From the NCBI RefSeq assembly GCF_006345805.1, contig NW_021835296.1, positions 1 through 40,388 of the forward strand: a stretch of 40,388 bases of DNA, in the 5' to 3' direction. Below, one piece after another: positions 1 through 12,273 of this stretch (position 1 is the first letter of the stretch; the number at the start of each line of letters is the position of its first letter). A model generated the notes under the pieces. The model worked only from the letters and a program-made list of their open reading frames with translations, was not told where the DNA came from and made no database searches. Origin of the DNA: Octopus sinensis (lineage: Eukaryota). Both the position numbers and the translations under genes were made by a program.

Positions 1-261
1 AGTCAATAAGTTTTTCAAGGCCGTCTACGATGAAAGACTGACTGATATTTCCGAATTAATTTCCAATACCTGCAAGTGCAGGGTGTGGTTGTGTGGTTGA
101 GAAGCTGGTTTTCTGACAATGTGTTCTTGGGTTCAGTCCCACAACGTGGTAGCTTGGACCAGTGTCATTTGCTATAGCGCCGGTCAGATCGAAGCCTTGT
201 GAGTGGATTTCGTAGACGGAAATAGAACGAATCTCGTTGTGTATGTATGTATGCATGTACG

Positions 262-363
<102 letters not shown>

Positions 364-411
364 CATCCATCCATTTCACTCTCTCTCTCTCTCTCTATCT
401 ATCTATCCATC

Positions 412-718
412 ATAGTGGCTTATTGGTTCATGATCGTAAAGGTCGTGAGTTCAATTCCTGGCGACGCGTCGTGTCCTTGAGCAAGACACATTATTTCACG
501 TTGCTCCAGTCCACTCAGCTGGCAAAAATGAGTTGTAGCGGTATTTCAAAGGGGCTAGCCTTGTCACACTCTATGTCACACTGAATCTTTCTGAGAACTA
601 CATGAAAGGTACACGTGTCCATGGAGTGCTCAGCCACATGCACGTTAATTTCACGAGCAGGCTGTTCCGTTGATCGTATAAGCTGGAACCCTCGTCTTCG
701 TAACCGACGGAGTGCTCC
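412..718 (+). mobile_element. tRNA-derived SINE with conserved central domain
   Basis: B-box-like GAGTTCAATTCC followed by GTCCTTGAGCAAGACAC...GCTCCAGTCCACTCAGCTG; flanked by microsatellites. Confidence 0.7.
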
Positions 719-948
719 ATATATATATATATATATATAAGAGATAATGGTGTTATTGAGACCCAAAGGTGTCAGGTAATGCTGAATAAGTGCTATAGAC
801 AGACCATAGTTAAGTTCCAGATTCAGTAATATTGTGAATAAAGGGTTTAACGTTGGTTCTATGTCAGCATGTGTATATAAGAATATTTTGCGTAATAAGA
901 TTAAAAAAACGAAGACTGCATAGATATTAGTGCATTTATAGATAGAAG

Positions 949-1000
949 GTCTTACAGCTGTTTCTAGGATATTTATTAATAATATCCCTTCATCGGAGAC
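949..1000 (-). ncRNA. Type I hammerhead ribozyme-like motif (U4C core variant)
   Basis: - strand: GUCU-CCGAUGA-A-GGGAUAUU(auuaaua)AAUAUCCU-A-GAAAC-AGCU-GUA-AGAC. Stem I GUCU/AGAC, palindromic stem III ACAGCUGU, GUA triplet. Confidence 0.6.
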
Positions 1001-1230
1001 GGTGTGAGAGGAAAATTACGTCATAGTTAGTTTAGATGTGATACAAAATGTATATGTATATATACACGTTTATGAATTTGTCAAACAACTGACAAGCAAA
1101 TCTGTTTTATTGAGCAGAATATTTGCTGTAACCCATCTTTTATACCAAGACAAAACAATGTACATGATAACACTTCCAATCATTTAAGATCAGAAGCCAC
1201 GAGAGCCACTGCCTGGTACTGCATCAAGGC

Positions 1231-1292
<62 letters not shown>

Positions 1293-1752
1293 GGAAAGAA
1301 ACTGGAAGAAGGCACTTTCTATGTCTTGGAGATGGCAGAGTAATCCGGGATTTTGTGGGGGTTTTACTGTTGGGGATTCTATCTATTTATTTAGTATTAT
1401 TTATTTCTCTACTTTCTATTATATATACTTTTTTTAATATCCTTTAATATGGTAGTATCAGCTCTTGATTGATGTTAACCTCATATGTTTTTGTTTTTGT
1501 AATATTTTTGTGCTGTAACTCGTCCTTCGATATTGCCCTCCATGTCTTGGGCCCTTGTGGCCAATAAAACAAATCAGCATTAATATTATTATCATCATCA
1601 TCATTATTATTATTGTTATTATTATTAATTTACTTTAATCTACATGTTTGTTGCAATAACTTGTCGAGAATCACCCAACGATTGAAGTCTTAGAGATGTT
1701 ACAGTATAAATGAAAGCCTGGGGATGAGAAGTGACAGGGCGCAGAAGTGTAT

Positions 1753-1824
<72 letters not shown>

Positions 1825-2104
1825 CCTTCTCTATAATGTTGCCACTTGATATGAACATTTTTGTATTAATGGAAAACCGCTATAATTGGCTGATGAGTGC
1901 TCAGCATTTTAAAACTGTTGTAATACAACATTTAATCAAATGATGTAGTACGAAATGATCGCACAAATTACCGGAGTCATTCTTGTTGCTTATTTTGATT
2001 ATAATCACCCCACGGATTTATATGGATAACACCATACAAAATTCTGGTGCATCTAAATTAAGTACCATATTCATTTGAATCTAAATTTTTGCTGAACTTT
2101 TATA

Positions 2105-2137
<33 letters not shown>

Positions 2138-2194
2138 AATTCTTTTATTCTTTAATTCGTTTACTTGTTTCAGTCATGTGAATGCGGCCATGCT

Positions 2195-2700
2195 GACAAA
2201 GCGATGCTCCAGCTTGGATAAAGTCTAATGCCAAAAAGAAGCTGCCCGAAGTACCCTCTCCATCGGATCTTCTCAGCAGTAACTATCATTAAACTTTCCA
2301 ACTGTATTCCTTAGCCTGACCAACTGAGACTATGGATATCATCCAACCATCTCCGGTCTTGATCCACCTTTAGGGTACCTAAAAGCTGTGAGGGTACAGT
2401 CCTCAAGCACCTTTTCCATAGTGTCCTATCAGAATCCACCATCATTACACTCTCTGACTGGTTTCCGAAGCGTGACCAATTCAGACTATGGAAATCATTG
2501 AACCATCTCGGTCTTGTTCTACTCCTTCCACTCCTGCCGTTTGGATCCACTTGAAGAAAATGTCTTGCGATTCTTTCCTGCGACGTTATTATTCGCATGT
2601 CTGTCGGAGGCCGTTTAGCTTCAAGGTTAAAGCACCCAACCGATAACTGAATTATACGGATTCGATTCCCGTAGCCTATCTTCTGGCAACTTTTCTGATG
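2195..2700 (-). mobile_element. RTE-clade LINE 3' fragment with duplicated C-terminal segment
   Basis: SQERIAR..GRSGRSRTRPRWxxD..DRxxW resembles the RTE ORF C-terminus. A 156-bp tandem duplication is present (TATGG anchors at 2331 and 2487). Confidence 0.65.
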
Positions 2701-3095
2701 AGGCGACGACCTGGCAGAAACGTTCGCACGCCGGGCGAAATGCTTAGCGGTATTTCGTCTTCCATTACGTTCTGAGTTCAAATTCCACCGAGGTAGACTT
2801 TGCCTTTCATCCTTTCGGGGTCGATTAAATAAGTACCAGTTACGCACTAGGGTCAATATAGTCGACTTAATCCGTGTGTCTGTCCTTGTTTGTCTTCTCT
2901 GTTTTTAGCCCCTTGTGGGTTGTAACGAAATAGGTATCTCATCCGTCGCTATGTTCTGAGTTCAAATTCCGCCGAGGTCGACTTTGCTATTCATCCTTTC
3001 AGTGGTCGATAAAATATGTACCAGTTGAAAATTGGGTCGATGTAATCGACTCATCCCCACTTCTCCCAAGCTGCCCTTGTGGCAAAAATTTGAAA
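2701..3095 (+). mobile_element. SINE family B (GGCG..GAGCTGGCAGAA..GAGTTCAAATTCC), one full copy plus a tandem partial copy
   Basis: A/B-box-like head and GACTTTGCCTTTCATCC body. Related copies at ~20745-21010 (+), ~21070-21185 (-), ~31398-31560 (+). Confidence 0.8.
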
Positions 3096-3489
3096 TAATT
3101 ATTGTTCTCATGTCCGTGGAACCAGAGCTGTGACCAAAAAATCGATGCTGAGTACCAACTCGAACTGGAGAGGCACTCTGATCTCTGGAGTATATGTTAT
3201 AATCTTCAAATATGGAATACCTTGTTTACAGAGGTTTTGAACCAGGGCCTCGTATTTTCAACATAACTCAATTTTTGTTAAAAAAAACAACAAAAAACAT
3301 CCTATAAAATCGTGTTGAAAGCTACTAGGACGCTGTGTAATTTAGAAATAAGGAATTCATCATCTAATGACAGAAACAAGTAAAAAATAAACGTTAAAAG
3401 ATGTCTGCGGAAAACTCAGACACTTATATTTCAATTTGGCCATAGGGAAGTTGAGCTGATGGAGCAATTGACTGCTCAAACCAACAGAG

Positions 3490-4251
3490 GATCCATCATC
3501 ACTACCACCACCAACACCAAGACCGCTACCACCACCACCATCACCACAACAAACATCACCACCACCAACACCACCACTACCATCACCATCAACAACAACA
3601 ACACGACGACGACGATGACGACGACGACGCGACGACGACGACGACGACCACCACCACCACCATTATCACGATTGTCACCTTCATTGATATTCAGCACCGA
3701 CACCGCAACCAGCATCATCACCATCCTCACCATCATCATCATCATCATCATCGTTGTCATCATTATCATCATTGCCACTACTACCACCAAATTCAGCATA
3801 GACATTATCATCGTTATCGTCATCATCGTCATCATCGTCATCATCGTCGTCGTCGTCGTCGTCATCACCGCCATGACTACCCCAGCGTTTAAGTTTTATG
3901 TACATGAAATTAGTAGACAAGATCAAATGCTGTTCGTTGACAGAAAAACTGAGTGACAACTGACAGCCATATTATTACGGATATTTTGATTTATTTGCGA
4001 TAAACACACACACACACACACACACTGACACACGAACACACAGACACACTGACACACATACACATACATACACTGATACATACACACACTGACACACACA
4101 CATTATTACCAGCTTTCAATTACAAGTTAACGATCAACCTTACCACCCCGCCATAACACCACCACTCCAGCTACTGCTGCTACTGGTGGTGGTGGTAGTG
4201 GTGGTGGTACTGGTGCTGCTGCTGTTGATGCTACCGCTACTACTACTATTC

Positions 4252-4292
<41 letters not shown>

Positions 4293-4368
4293 GATGGTGC
4301 TGCTTTTGCTTCGCTTCTCAGTCTCTTCCAACCTCTCCTCCCCCTCCTCCTCCCCTACTACTACTACT

Positions 4369-4435
<67 letters not shown>

Positions 4436-4437
4436 AG
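3490..4437. repeat. Compound tri-/dinucleotide microsatellites (ACC, GAC, ATC, CA, CTA); representative of many such tracts
   Basis: Directly visible. Similar tracts: (TCTA)n 262-360, 27180-27305, 39597-39780; (TA)n 13280-13940, 15820-16400, 38650-39004; (ATC)n 24345-24597, 30410-30880; (CA)n 23330-24130. Confidence 0.95.
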
Positions 4438-4974
4438 GAATAGAACGCTCAGTAGACAAATGTTTCGAGTGTGTACCCAGCAAATGTATTCGGGCAAGAT
4501 GTTATTACTTCCCATTTCTAACACGGGGGGAGGGGGGCAGGTTAATCTTCTATCGATATCATCCTACCTACCGCTCAGTCCGAAAACGGTTTCTCTTTAT
4601 CAAGGGGGATTAAAAAAGCATAAACTACAGCGTTCGGAGTCATATGACAAACAATTCTAAACATTTTCTTAAGAAACCATGGTTCTATAATTTCTGTAAC
4701 AGATGCGAAAATAACATCTGAATGGTTGTCTCTTTTAGGATTCTAATAAATTTTAGACCAAAAATAAAACTTTTTTCTCTGACAGTAATTGCAAAGAAGA
4801 AAAAGTGGAAAAAAAAAAGCATTAATCTACTATGGGAGATAACTCCATAAACCTTTTTAGAGAGTAACTTCCCTTTATGTCTGAAGGGTCACGACTTTAT
4901 TATTATTGTGCGCGTGTGTGTGATATAGTTATACAGGCGCAGGCCTGACTGAATTGTAAGAACCTTGCTTACTT

Positions 4975-5005
<31 letters not shown>

Positions 5006-5025
5006 TTATATATGCATATATATAC

Positions 5026-5068
<43 letters not shown>

Positions 5069-5213
5069 TATATATACATATACATACACACATACACACA
5101 CACGCACACACATGCACACACATATACATATACATATTTATATGTTTATATATATATATATACACATACATATATATATACATATACGCACAGACAGATA
5201 TATATATATATAT

Positions 5214-5253
<40 letters not shown>

Positions 5254-5628
5254 GTGTGTGTGTGTGTTATGTATGTATATATGTTGACCAAAAGCCGTAC
5301 GTACGCCGCTAATATATATGCATGTATATATATCAATGTGTTTGTCTTTCTGTCGGTGCTTGTGCTTTTTCTTGGCAACTGGTGTTGGTGTGTTTGCATC
5401 CCCACCCACATAGATTAGTGGTTCGGCTAAAGGGACCGATAGAGTAAGTACCAGGCTTTTAAAAAGAATAATGTAGTCGATTCATTCGACTATAGATTCA
5501 AGCCAAGCCCCAGCATGACCGCGGTCCTAATGACTGAAACAAGTAAAAGTAACAAATGAAAGATCTCTCACCTTTTCTCTTTCTTTCACTCTCTCTCTCT
5601 CTATTTCACTCTCTCTCTCTGTCTATAT

Positions 5629-5664
<36 letters not shown>

Positions 5665-5759
5665 GCATGTGTGTGTGTATGTGTGTGTGTATGCATTCGA
5701 ACTAGAGATCGTGATTGCAAGTTGTTCGATTAAATGCTTCGAGGCTTGTTCGATTAAAT

Positions 5760-6134
5760 GTTTCAGACTTGTTTGTAGACGTCTTGGCAACGGTGTACTG
5801 TAACTGGCAGCAAAACGGGAGCATCCCTGATTTTGTGAGCCGAGGAGCCGTAACACTGCTGAAGAAAGATCTAAACAAGGGGGGCGTAGTAGATAACTTT
5901 AGGCCCATCACTCTGCTTAATGCAAACTTGAACATTTTGGCCAAGGTGTTAGCCAAGAGGTTGGCGCTTGTCATCGAGAAACTGGTCAAGTCGCAAACGT
6001 GCGCCGTGTCGGGCCGGACCATCCATGACAACCTCCATCTGATGTGCTACATCATAGACATGGTAGTTAAAGAACCTGTCAAGAGTGGGGCCCTGATCAA
6101 TTTGGATCAATCGAAAGATTTCGATAGGGTAGAC
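5760..6134 (+). mobile_element. Tx1/L1-clade non-LTR retrotransposon RT fragment, 5' of the hAT insertion
   Basis: NFRPITLLNANLNILAKVLAKRL...QTCAVSGRTIHDNLHL...LINLDQSKDFDRVD: RT motifs 0-3, interrupted exactly at DRVD|H. Confidence 0.9.
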
Positions 6135-8969
6135 CAGGGGTCTCCAAAGTTTTCCAGCGGAGGGCCACATTGCTGAATTTTTAAAGCTACGGGGGCCAAG
6201 GTTCTAAATGATTTATTTTACCAAAATAATATAAATAAATAGTGAATTAATAATTAAAAAAGGTTATTTATTCAGTACATAATCACAATGTATATAATAT
6301 CAGTAACAATTAACTTTGATCAATAGGGGAAACATGAAATTGTTTCATTTCTGACAAAATTTTGTCCAACTGAGGTTCAAAATGAGTGGTTCCAATAACA
6401 AGCAATGCATTTAAATGTTCATCAACAATTGTGATCTGTAGCAGGATTTTGTGTATTTCATCTTTGAAAAAGTCTTCTCACACAAATATGTGGTGCCAAA
6501 AACTGAAATGAATTCACAGGCAAACCTCCTTAATGAAGAAATTGGTCGGATGGAAGGCATTTGTAGAATTCAATCAAATTTCCCTCTTTATATTTGTCCT
6601 CAGGATGTCATTGGATTGCAAATCAATAACTTCCATTTGTAACTCAGAATGTAAGTCTCCAATAACAGAGTTAAATGGATTTTCAAAAATTCTTAGTTTT
6701 GAAGAACATGCATCAAGATCAGAAAAACGTTCTTCAAACTGTTGTTTCAAAGCTAAAATGACATCTTGAGCAAACAAGTTTTGAAATGGAGTGGCAGCTT
6801 CCTGTCTATATTGTCACATCGTGAAAAATAGTAAAGCAGTAAAGCATTCTTGTTAACTGACTTTCAAATAGTATTAATTTCTTACGAAAAGCTTTCACCT
6901 TTGAGTACAAATCACAGATGAGTGAAGCTTCACCTTGTATCCGTAGTTGAAATCATTGAGATGCATAGTTAAATCGGCTGAAAATGCTAATTTCCAGAGC
7001 CATTCACTGTCTTTGAGCAACACCTGTGAATGGTTTTTTCTCATTTAAAAATATTTCAATTTCAGTTCGAAGCTCAAAAATCTAGCCAGAATTTTTCCAT
7101 AGCTAAGCCATCTTACTGAAGTATAGTAAGGTAGGTCTGGAAACTCAGCATTCATTTCCTCCAAGAAATCACGAAATTGGCGATGTTTGAGTCCATGAGA
7201 TCTTATGTAGTTAACAGTGGAAATCACAGGATCTAATACAGATGATAAATCAAGATGCTTTCCACACAGTGCTTGCTGATGAAGAATACAATGCAATACC
7301 AAAGATTTCAATCCACCGGAATTCTCAATTACTTTGTTAATTTGCCCAACTAAGCCCTTTTTGGTTCCACACATATTTCTGCCACCATCTGTTGTTATGC
7401 ATTTTAGTTTTTTCCATTCCAAATTATACTCAGCCACTGACTTTTCCACTTCTCTAAAAATATCTATGCCTGTTGTTGTTCCATGCATGCTGTGCACAGA
7501 TACAAGTTCCTCAGTAATCTCAAAATGGCATTTATTCCTCTGATGAACAATAACAATTGGGATGTGTCTGATACATCAATTGACTCATCAAGTGCAACAG
7601 AAAAGCATACAAACTTGCTGGCTTTGTCTTTTAGCTGTGATTTAATATTTCTTTCAATATGTTCAACCCTACGAGCAACAGTGTTCGCAGAAAGACTAAT
7701 TGCGGAAAATAAATCTACGTTTTCTGGACACATTTCCTTAGCTACCTCATTCAAGCACTTTTAATAAGTTCACCATCTGTAAATGGCTTACCTTTCTTCG
7801 CAAAAGGTTAGCAACATGGAAGCTTGCTCTTGTTGCTCTCTCTTTTTCTACAGCCTTCTTCTTGAAAACAAACTGCATTGATGATAAATTCTTCTTTAAT
7901 TTGTCAAATTTCTCTTTACGTAGCTGTCCAATGAATTGGTAGTACTGTGATGAATGCTTTTTTTCATAATGTCTCCGAATGTTGTACTCTTTAGTACTGC
8001 AATTGTGTCGGTGCATATAACGCATAGTGCCTTGTTGTTTGACTCTATGACAAAATAGTCTATGTTCCATTGTTCCTTAAAAATTCTACACTCAGAGTCG
8101 ATTTTTCGTTCTTCCTTGAGCTAACATTTTTATCATGGGTCGACAGATTTTGCTCGACGATATATGTAAAAGGACGAAACAAGTAAAAACAATATTCACA
8201 GGTCACTCGATACGTGCATTCACTTCGGCAGCGACGACGACAAATGACTCACACTTGTGCACAACGAAAACGCCAAGTCTGTGCTGACTGACGGAATGCG
8301 CATCGAACTTTACTCCACGCTGATTGGCGACTGCACCAGGATTAGAAATCACCACACAACGTCAGGCTCAACCCTCTCTATTCATCGCTCGTGAGATGTA
8401 GGTAACATCGATAAATCGATATTTGTCTTCTTTTATTATACTAGGCACGGGACTTTTATTAACATCATACTTGTCGTATCTGCTCTCTCGACAGTTGACG
8501 GAATAGGTTGACTTTTCTGCGACATCAATAAAGCTAGAAATTGAATCTCTGCTTCATTGTAAGCAGCACCATCCATCTCACTGACAATCGCCTATTATCT
8601 AAGATGAATGATAGGTAGCTCCATAGCGAAGTTAATTCATTTTATGGTGGTTCTGATGGGTCAGTTAAAACGGGGGGAGTGGAAAAGAACCTATATTACA
8701 CTAAAGTTTAGTGTATAAATTTTTTAATTCGCCGGCGCAATTTAAAGACATTAATTGATGGCAAATCAATTAGCGTCGTCTTGCGTCTATTTGCTGTACT
8801 ATATTTGTCAAACGTATTAAAAGGGGTGTAAAGTATATTGTTTTGTATGATTTCGGCAAGGCTTGTTTTTCGACTTTTGTTTTATAATTTTGGAGGACAG
8901 CTCGGCGGGCCGGATTAAAAACCTTGGCGGGCCGAATCCGGCCCGCGGGCCGTACTTTGGAGACCCCTG
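6135..8969 (-). mobile_element. hAT DNA transposon, Buster/Charlie/SPIN-like, 2835 bp, full length
   Basis: Perfect 16-bp TIRs CAGGGGTCTCCAAAGT (6135-6150; reverse complement at 8954-8969). Perfect 8-bp TSD GGGTAGAC (6127-6134, 8970-8977) with central TA. Repeated GGCCCGC subterminal motifs at 8900-8952; CCAAT box on the - strand at ~8323. Confidence 0.96.
6310..8127 (-). pseudogene. hAT transposase (SPIN/GTF2IRD2-like), frameshifted as assembled
   Basis: Frame-corrected translation: KIDSECRIFKEQW...CVIC...HYEKKH (BED zinc finger), ALDES, TTDGG, HCILHQQAL, VRWLS, FGTTYLCEKTFSKMK. About 11 frameshifts. Confidence 0.93.
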
Positions 8970-8977
8970 GGGTAGAC

Positions 8978-9660
8978 CATCGATACTTGGAGGTGTCCTC
9001 AGAGCGGCTGGTTTCGGTCCCGTCTTCCGCGGCTGGATAGCCACTTTGTACAGAGGTATCCGTTCGGTATTTCGCGTAAATGGACATCTATCGAGACCTT
9101 TCGACATTGCACGTTCGGTCCGGCAGGGATGCCCCCTATCGTCGTTTCTCTACATATTGAGTCTCGCGCCATTATTGCTGAAGCTGGCGACTCTGAGGGG
9201 CATCCCGCGAGAATTGGGATGCGGGACGAGCGTGTCTGCATACGCGGACGACGTCACCGTCATAGTGTCTAGCCACGAGCACATCGAGCTGGTTAAAATG
9301 GGGACTGGGCATGCCGCTGTTGATGATGCGCAGACACGCGCTGAGACTACGACATCTCCGGCTCTATGTAGACGACGGTGAACTGGTGTGGTCGCCGTTT
9401 GTGAGGCACGCTTTCCTGCAGCTCTTCTCCATGACAGAACTGCAGTCGTGGATCAAAAAGAGGCCGAGGAATGGCGAAAGGCACCGCGAGTGTCGCGTCG
9501 CTCTCAAACAACTATGGCGTCCCAGGTCGACCTTGAGCGACTTCAATACAACCAAAGCATTCTATAAGGGATTAGTGGAGGGGAGGTACGATGACGAGCT
9601 CGGGGCGAACCTCAATTATCACTTGAAAAGGAAAGTGAGAGTAGAGAGGCAAGTTTCAAA
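8978..9660 (+). mobile_element. Tx1/L1-clade RT fragment, 3' of the hAT insertion (internally deleted)
   Basis: Continues HRYL..VLRAAGFG..RSVRQGCPLS..SAYADDVTV (RT motifs 4-5), then jumps at ~9295 and ~9613 to pieces that look like the C-terminal part of ORF2. Confidence 0.87.
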
Positions 9661-10685
9661 AAAGAAACATAATTATAGCATGTATGTGCTTCGAGATCCA
9701 ATTCTTATAATAAAGAAAAAATATATTTCTCGTTCTCTCCAAGTTTCTAAATTCTTATGATGTCAACAACCCAATTCTCAGTGATAAGAATAAACTTACT
9801 ATAATGAACAGACAAATTCAAAGGATTGCTTTTATCAAATGCTAGAGTACCCGTTATGTTAACAGATGTGAGTTCGATTGCCACGGACAACCATCTACTT
9901 TTCTGTCCAAAGGCTTTTAAACCCAATATTTATATATTATTATTTATAGTATTTACGTGCTTCCAGATCCAGTTTCACCCGCCTCCACTATCACTCCTCC
10001 AAAATTATTTATCGTTCTCTCTAAGTTTCTAAACTGGATGTCCAAATTCGAAGGATCATTTTGATCAAACGGTAGAACATCTCTTAAGTTCACAGTAGAT
10101 GTGGGATCGTGGACCACGAGCACCCTTCAACTTTTTTTTTATGTAGAAGGTTATTATTTTTCTACCCCAATATTTACTCATAAATATCTAAAACTATATA
10201 TGCATTGAGATACTGTGTTCCAAAACTGTAAAAATTCAGTTACACTTATCTTAGGTGCTTCGCAGTGGAATCGAACCGGAGAATTCGTGATATCCAAGTG
10301 AACTTGTTAACCCTTTCAAACACACCTACGCAGCAGTCCATTTCTTCATAGACAACTCACACACTCACACACGCCATTCGTCCTTCTCTTTGTCCGCACC
10401 GCCCTTGTGTGACAATAATGTCATTGGCCATACGTCGTTGTTGAAACATTTAAAACCGGACGTTTCGCCACCTGGACAAATTGAGAACTACTTCTAAACT
10501 TGTCAATTGTTCCTCTTCTCAAGCCCACACCTATTGACATAAAATCTTTACTTAACATTGACTCAATCTCACATTCAAAGTCTCTCATTTTACACGTGTA
10601 TCTCCGACTTCGTTTTACACTTCCGTTTCTTCCATTTCGTTTTTTTGATTTTGTTCTTTTCTCTTCGGGTGTTTTACAAATAGTA

Positions 10686-10847
10686 GGCGCAGGAGTGGCT
10701 GTGTGGTAAGTAGCTTGTTTACCAACCACACGGTTCCGGGTTCAGTCCCACTGCGTGGCATCATGGGTAAGTGTCTTCTACTATAGCCTCGGGCCGAGCA
10801 AAGCCTTGTGAGTAGATTTGGTAGACGGAAACTGAAAGAAGCCCGTC

Positions 10848-10937
<90 letters not shown>

Positions 10938-11312
10938 AGTGGCTGTGTGGTAAGTTGCTTGTTTACCAACCACATGGTTCCAGGTTCAGTCCCAGTGCGT
11001 GGCACCTTGGGCAAGTGTCTTCTACTATAGCCTCGGGCCGACCAAAGCCTTGTGAGTGGATTTGGTAGACGCAAACTGAAAGAAGCCCGTCGTATATATG
11101 TATATATATGAATGTACGTGTATGTTTGTGTGTCTGTGTTTGTCCCCCTACACAACCGATGCTGGTGTGTTTATGTCCCCGTAACTTAGCGGCTCGGCAA
11201 AAGAGACCGATGAAATAAGTACTGGGCTTACAAAGAAGTCCCGGGGTCGAGTTGCTCGATTAAAGGCGGTGCTCCAGCATGGCCGCAGTCAAAATGACTG
11301 AAACAAGTAAAA
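10686..11312 (+). mobile_element. SINE family A (GGCGCAGGAGTGGCTGTGTGGTAAG head), tandem head duplication then full copy
   Basis: Head at 10686-10850 repeated at 10936-11095, internal (TA)/(TG) microsatellite, tail ending AATGACTGAAACAAGTAAAAG. Related copies at ~87-245, ~4936-5550, ~11405-11610 (-), ~19275-19590 (-), ~26215-26420. Confidence 0.85.
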
Positions 11313-11788
11313 GGAGAAAAAAGAAAAATATATAACTCTGCCATATTTGCTTTTCATCATTCTTCTCTGCTTCTTTCTTTAATGTATCTGTCTTTCTCTT
11401 TTATCTTTTACTTGTTTACAGTCATTTGACTGCGGCCTAGCTGGAGTAACACCGTCATGAAGAGTTTTAGTCGAACAAATCGACCGCAGGATATGCTTTA
11501 CTTTTTAAAGCCTAGCATTTATTCTATCGATATATCTTTTGCCGAACCGGTAGGTTATGTGGACGTAAACACACCAACACCAGTTTTCAAGCAGTGTGAG
11601 ACAAACACAGATTCAAAGACACATAAATACATACATACATACATATGTGTGTGGTGTGTGTGTGTGTTGTGCGTGTGCGTGTGTGCGTGTGTATTTATAC
11701 ACACACATTCATATATACACGCACATCACGCGCAGATATCTATATCTATATCTATCTATCTATCTATCTATCTCTTTCTCTCTCTCTC

Positions 11789-11855
<67 letters not shown>

Positions 11856-11858
<3 letters not shown>

Positions 11859-11916
11859 CCATATCGGACCCAATTTCAGAGTTAGTTCATAAGAACCTTC
11901 CCTTCATCAGTGATAA
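11856..11916 (-). ncRNA. Type I hammerhead ribozyme, intact core
   Basis: UUAUCA-CUGAUGA-AGGG..GGUUC(UUAU)GAACU..CUCU-GAA-AUUGG(GU)CCGAU-A-UGGUAA: 6-bp stem I, 5-bp stem III. Confidence 0.78.
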
Positions 11917-12212
11917 ATGCGGCCCTTACTTATAAATTGTTTATAAATCTAACCTTTAAAGGTATTTTTTAATATGCTGGCCATTGATAGATTTTTTTCG
12001 AAAAGATTGTATCCTACGTTAGATGTTAATTTAATAGTATTCACTTCCGAACTCTCACTTTGCGAGAGTTTTTAGTTCGAATCGCACGCGTCTCGAGATG
12101 GGCTAGAGAGTTTCTATTTTGGATATATTTGGCGGACTTAGTTGTGCTCATGACTTAGTGCTCGCTTCTTCCATGGGTATAAGTAGGTATTTCACTTATT
12201 CCTTTGCCGCAT

Positions 12213-12273
12213 TTATCACTGATGAAGAGAAGTTTCTAATGAACTAACTCTGAAATCGGGTCCGATATGGTAA
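12213..12273 (+). ncRNA. Type I hammerhead ribozyme, intact core
   Basis: UUAUCA-CUGAUGA(12219-12225)-AGAG..CUCU-GAA-AUCGG(GU)CCGAU-A(12267)-UGGUAA. Predicted cleavage after AUA at 12267. Confidence 0.8.

Noticed and set aside
1290-1575. Possible LINE 3' end with AATAAA at ~1563
   Set aside because: Resembles a retroelement tail, but no coding motif or second copy supports a call.
9967-10065. Possible exon after TTCCAG (DPVSPASTITPPKLFIVLSKFLNWMSKFEGSF*)
   Set aside because: No upstream partner exon or homology; it overlaps a local ~40-bp direct repeat (9724/10007).
10421-10729. 102-aa - strand ORF, with GGCGAAACGUC nearby
   Set aside because: It starts inside a SINE head, has no recognisable domain, and no hammerhead core lies upstream of the GAAAC.
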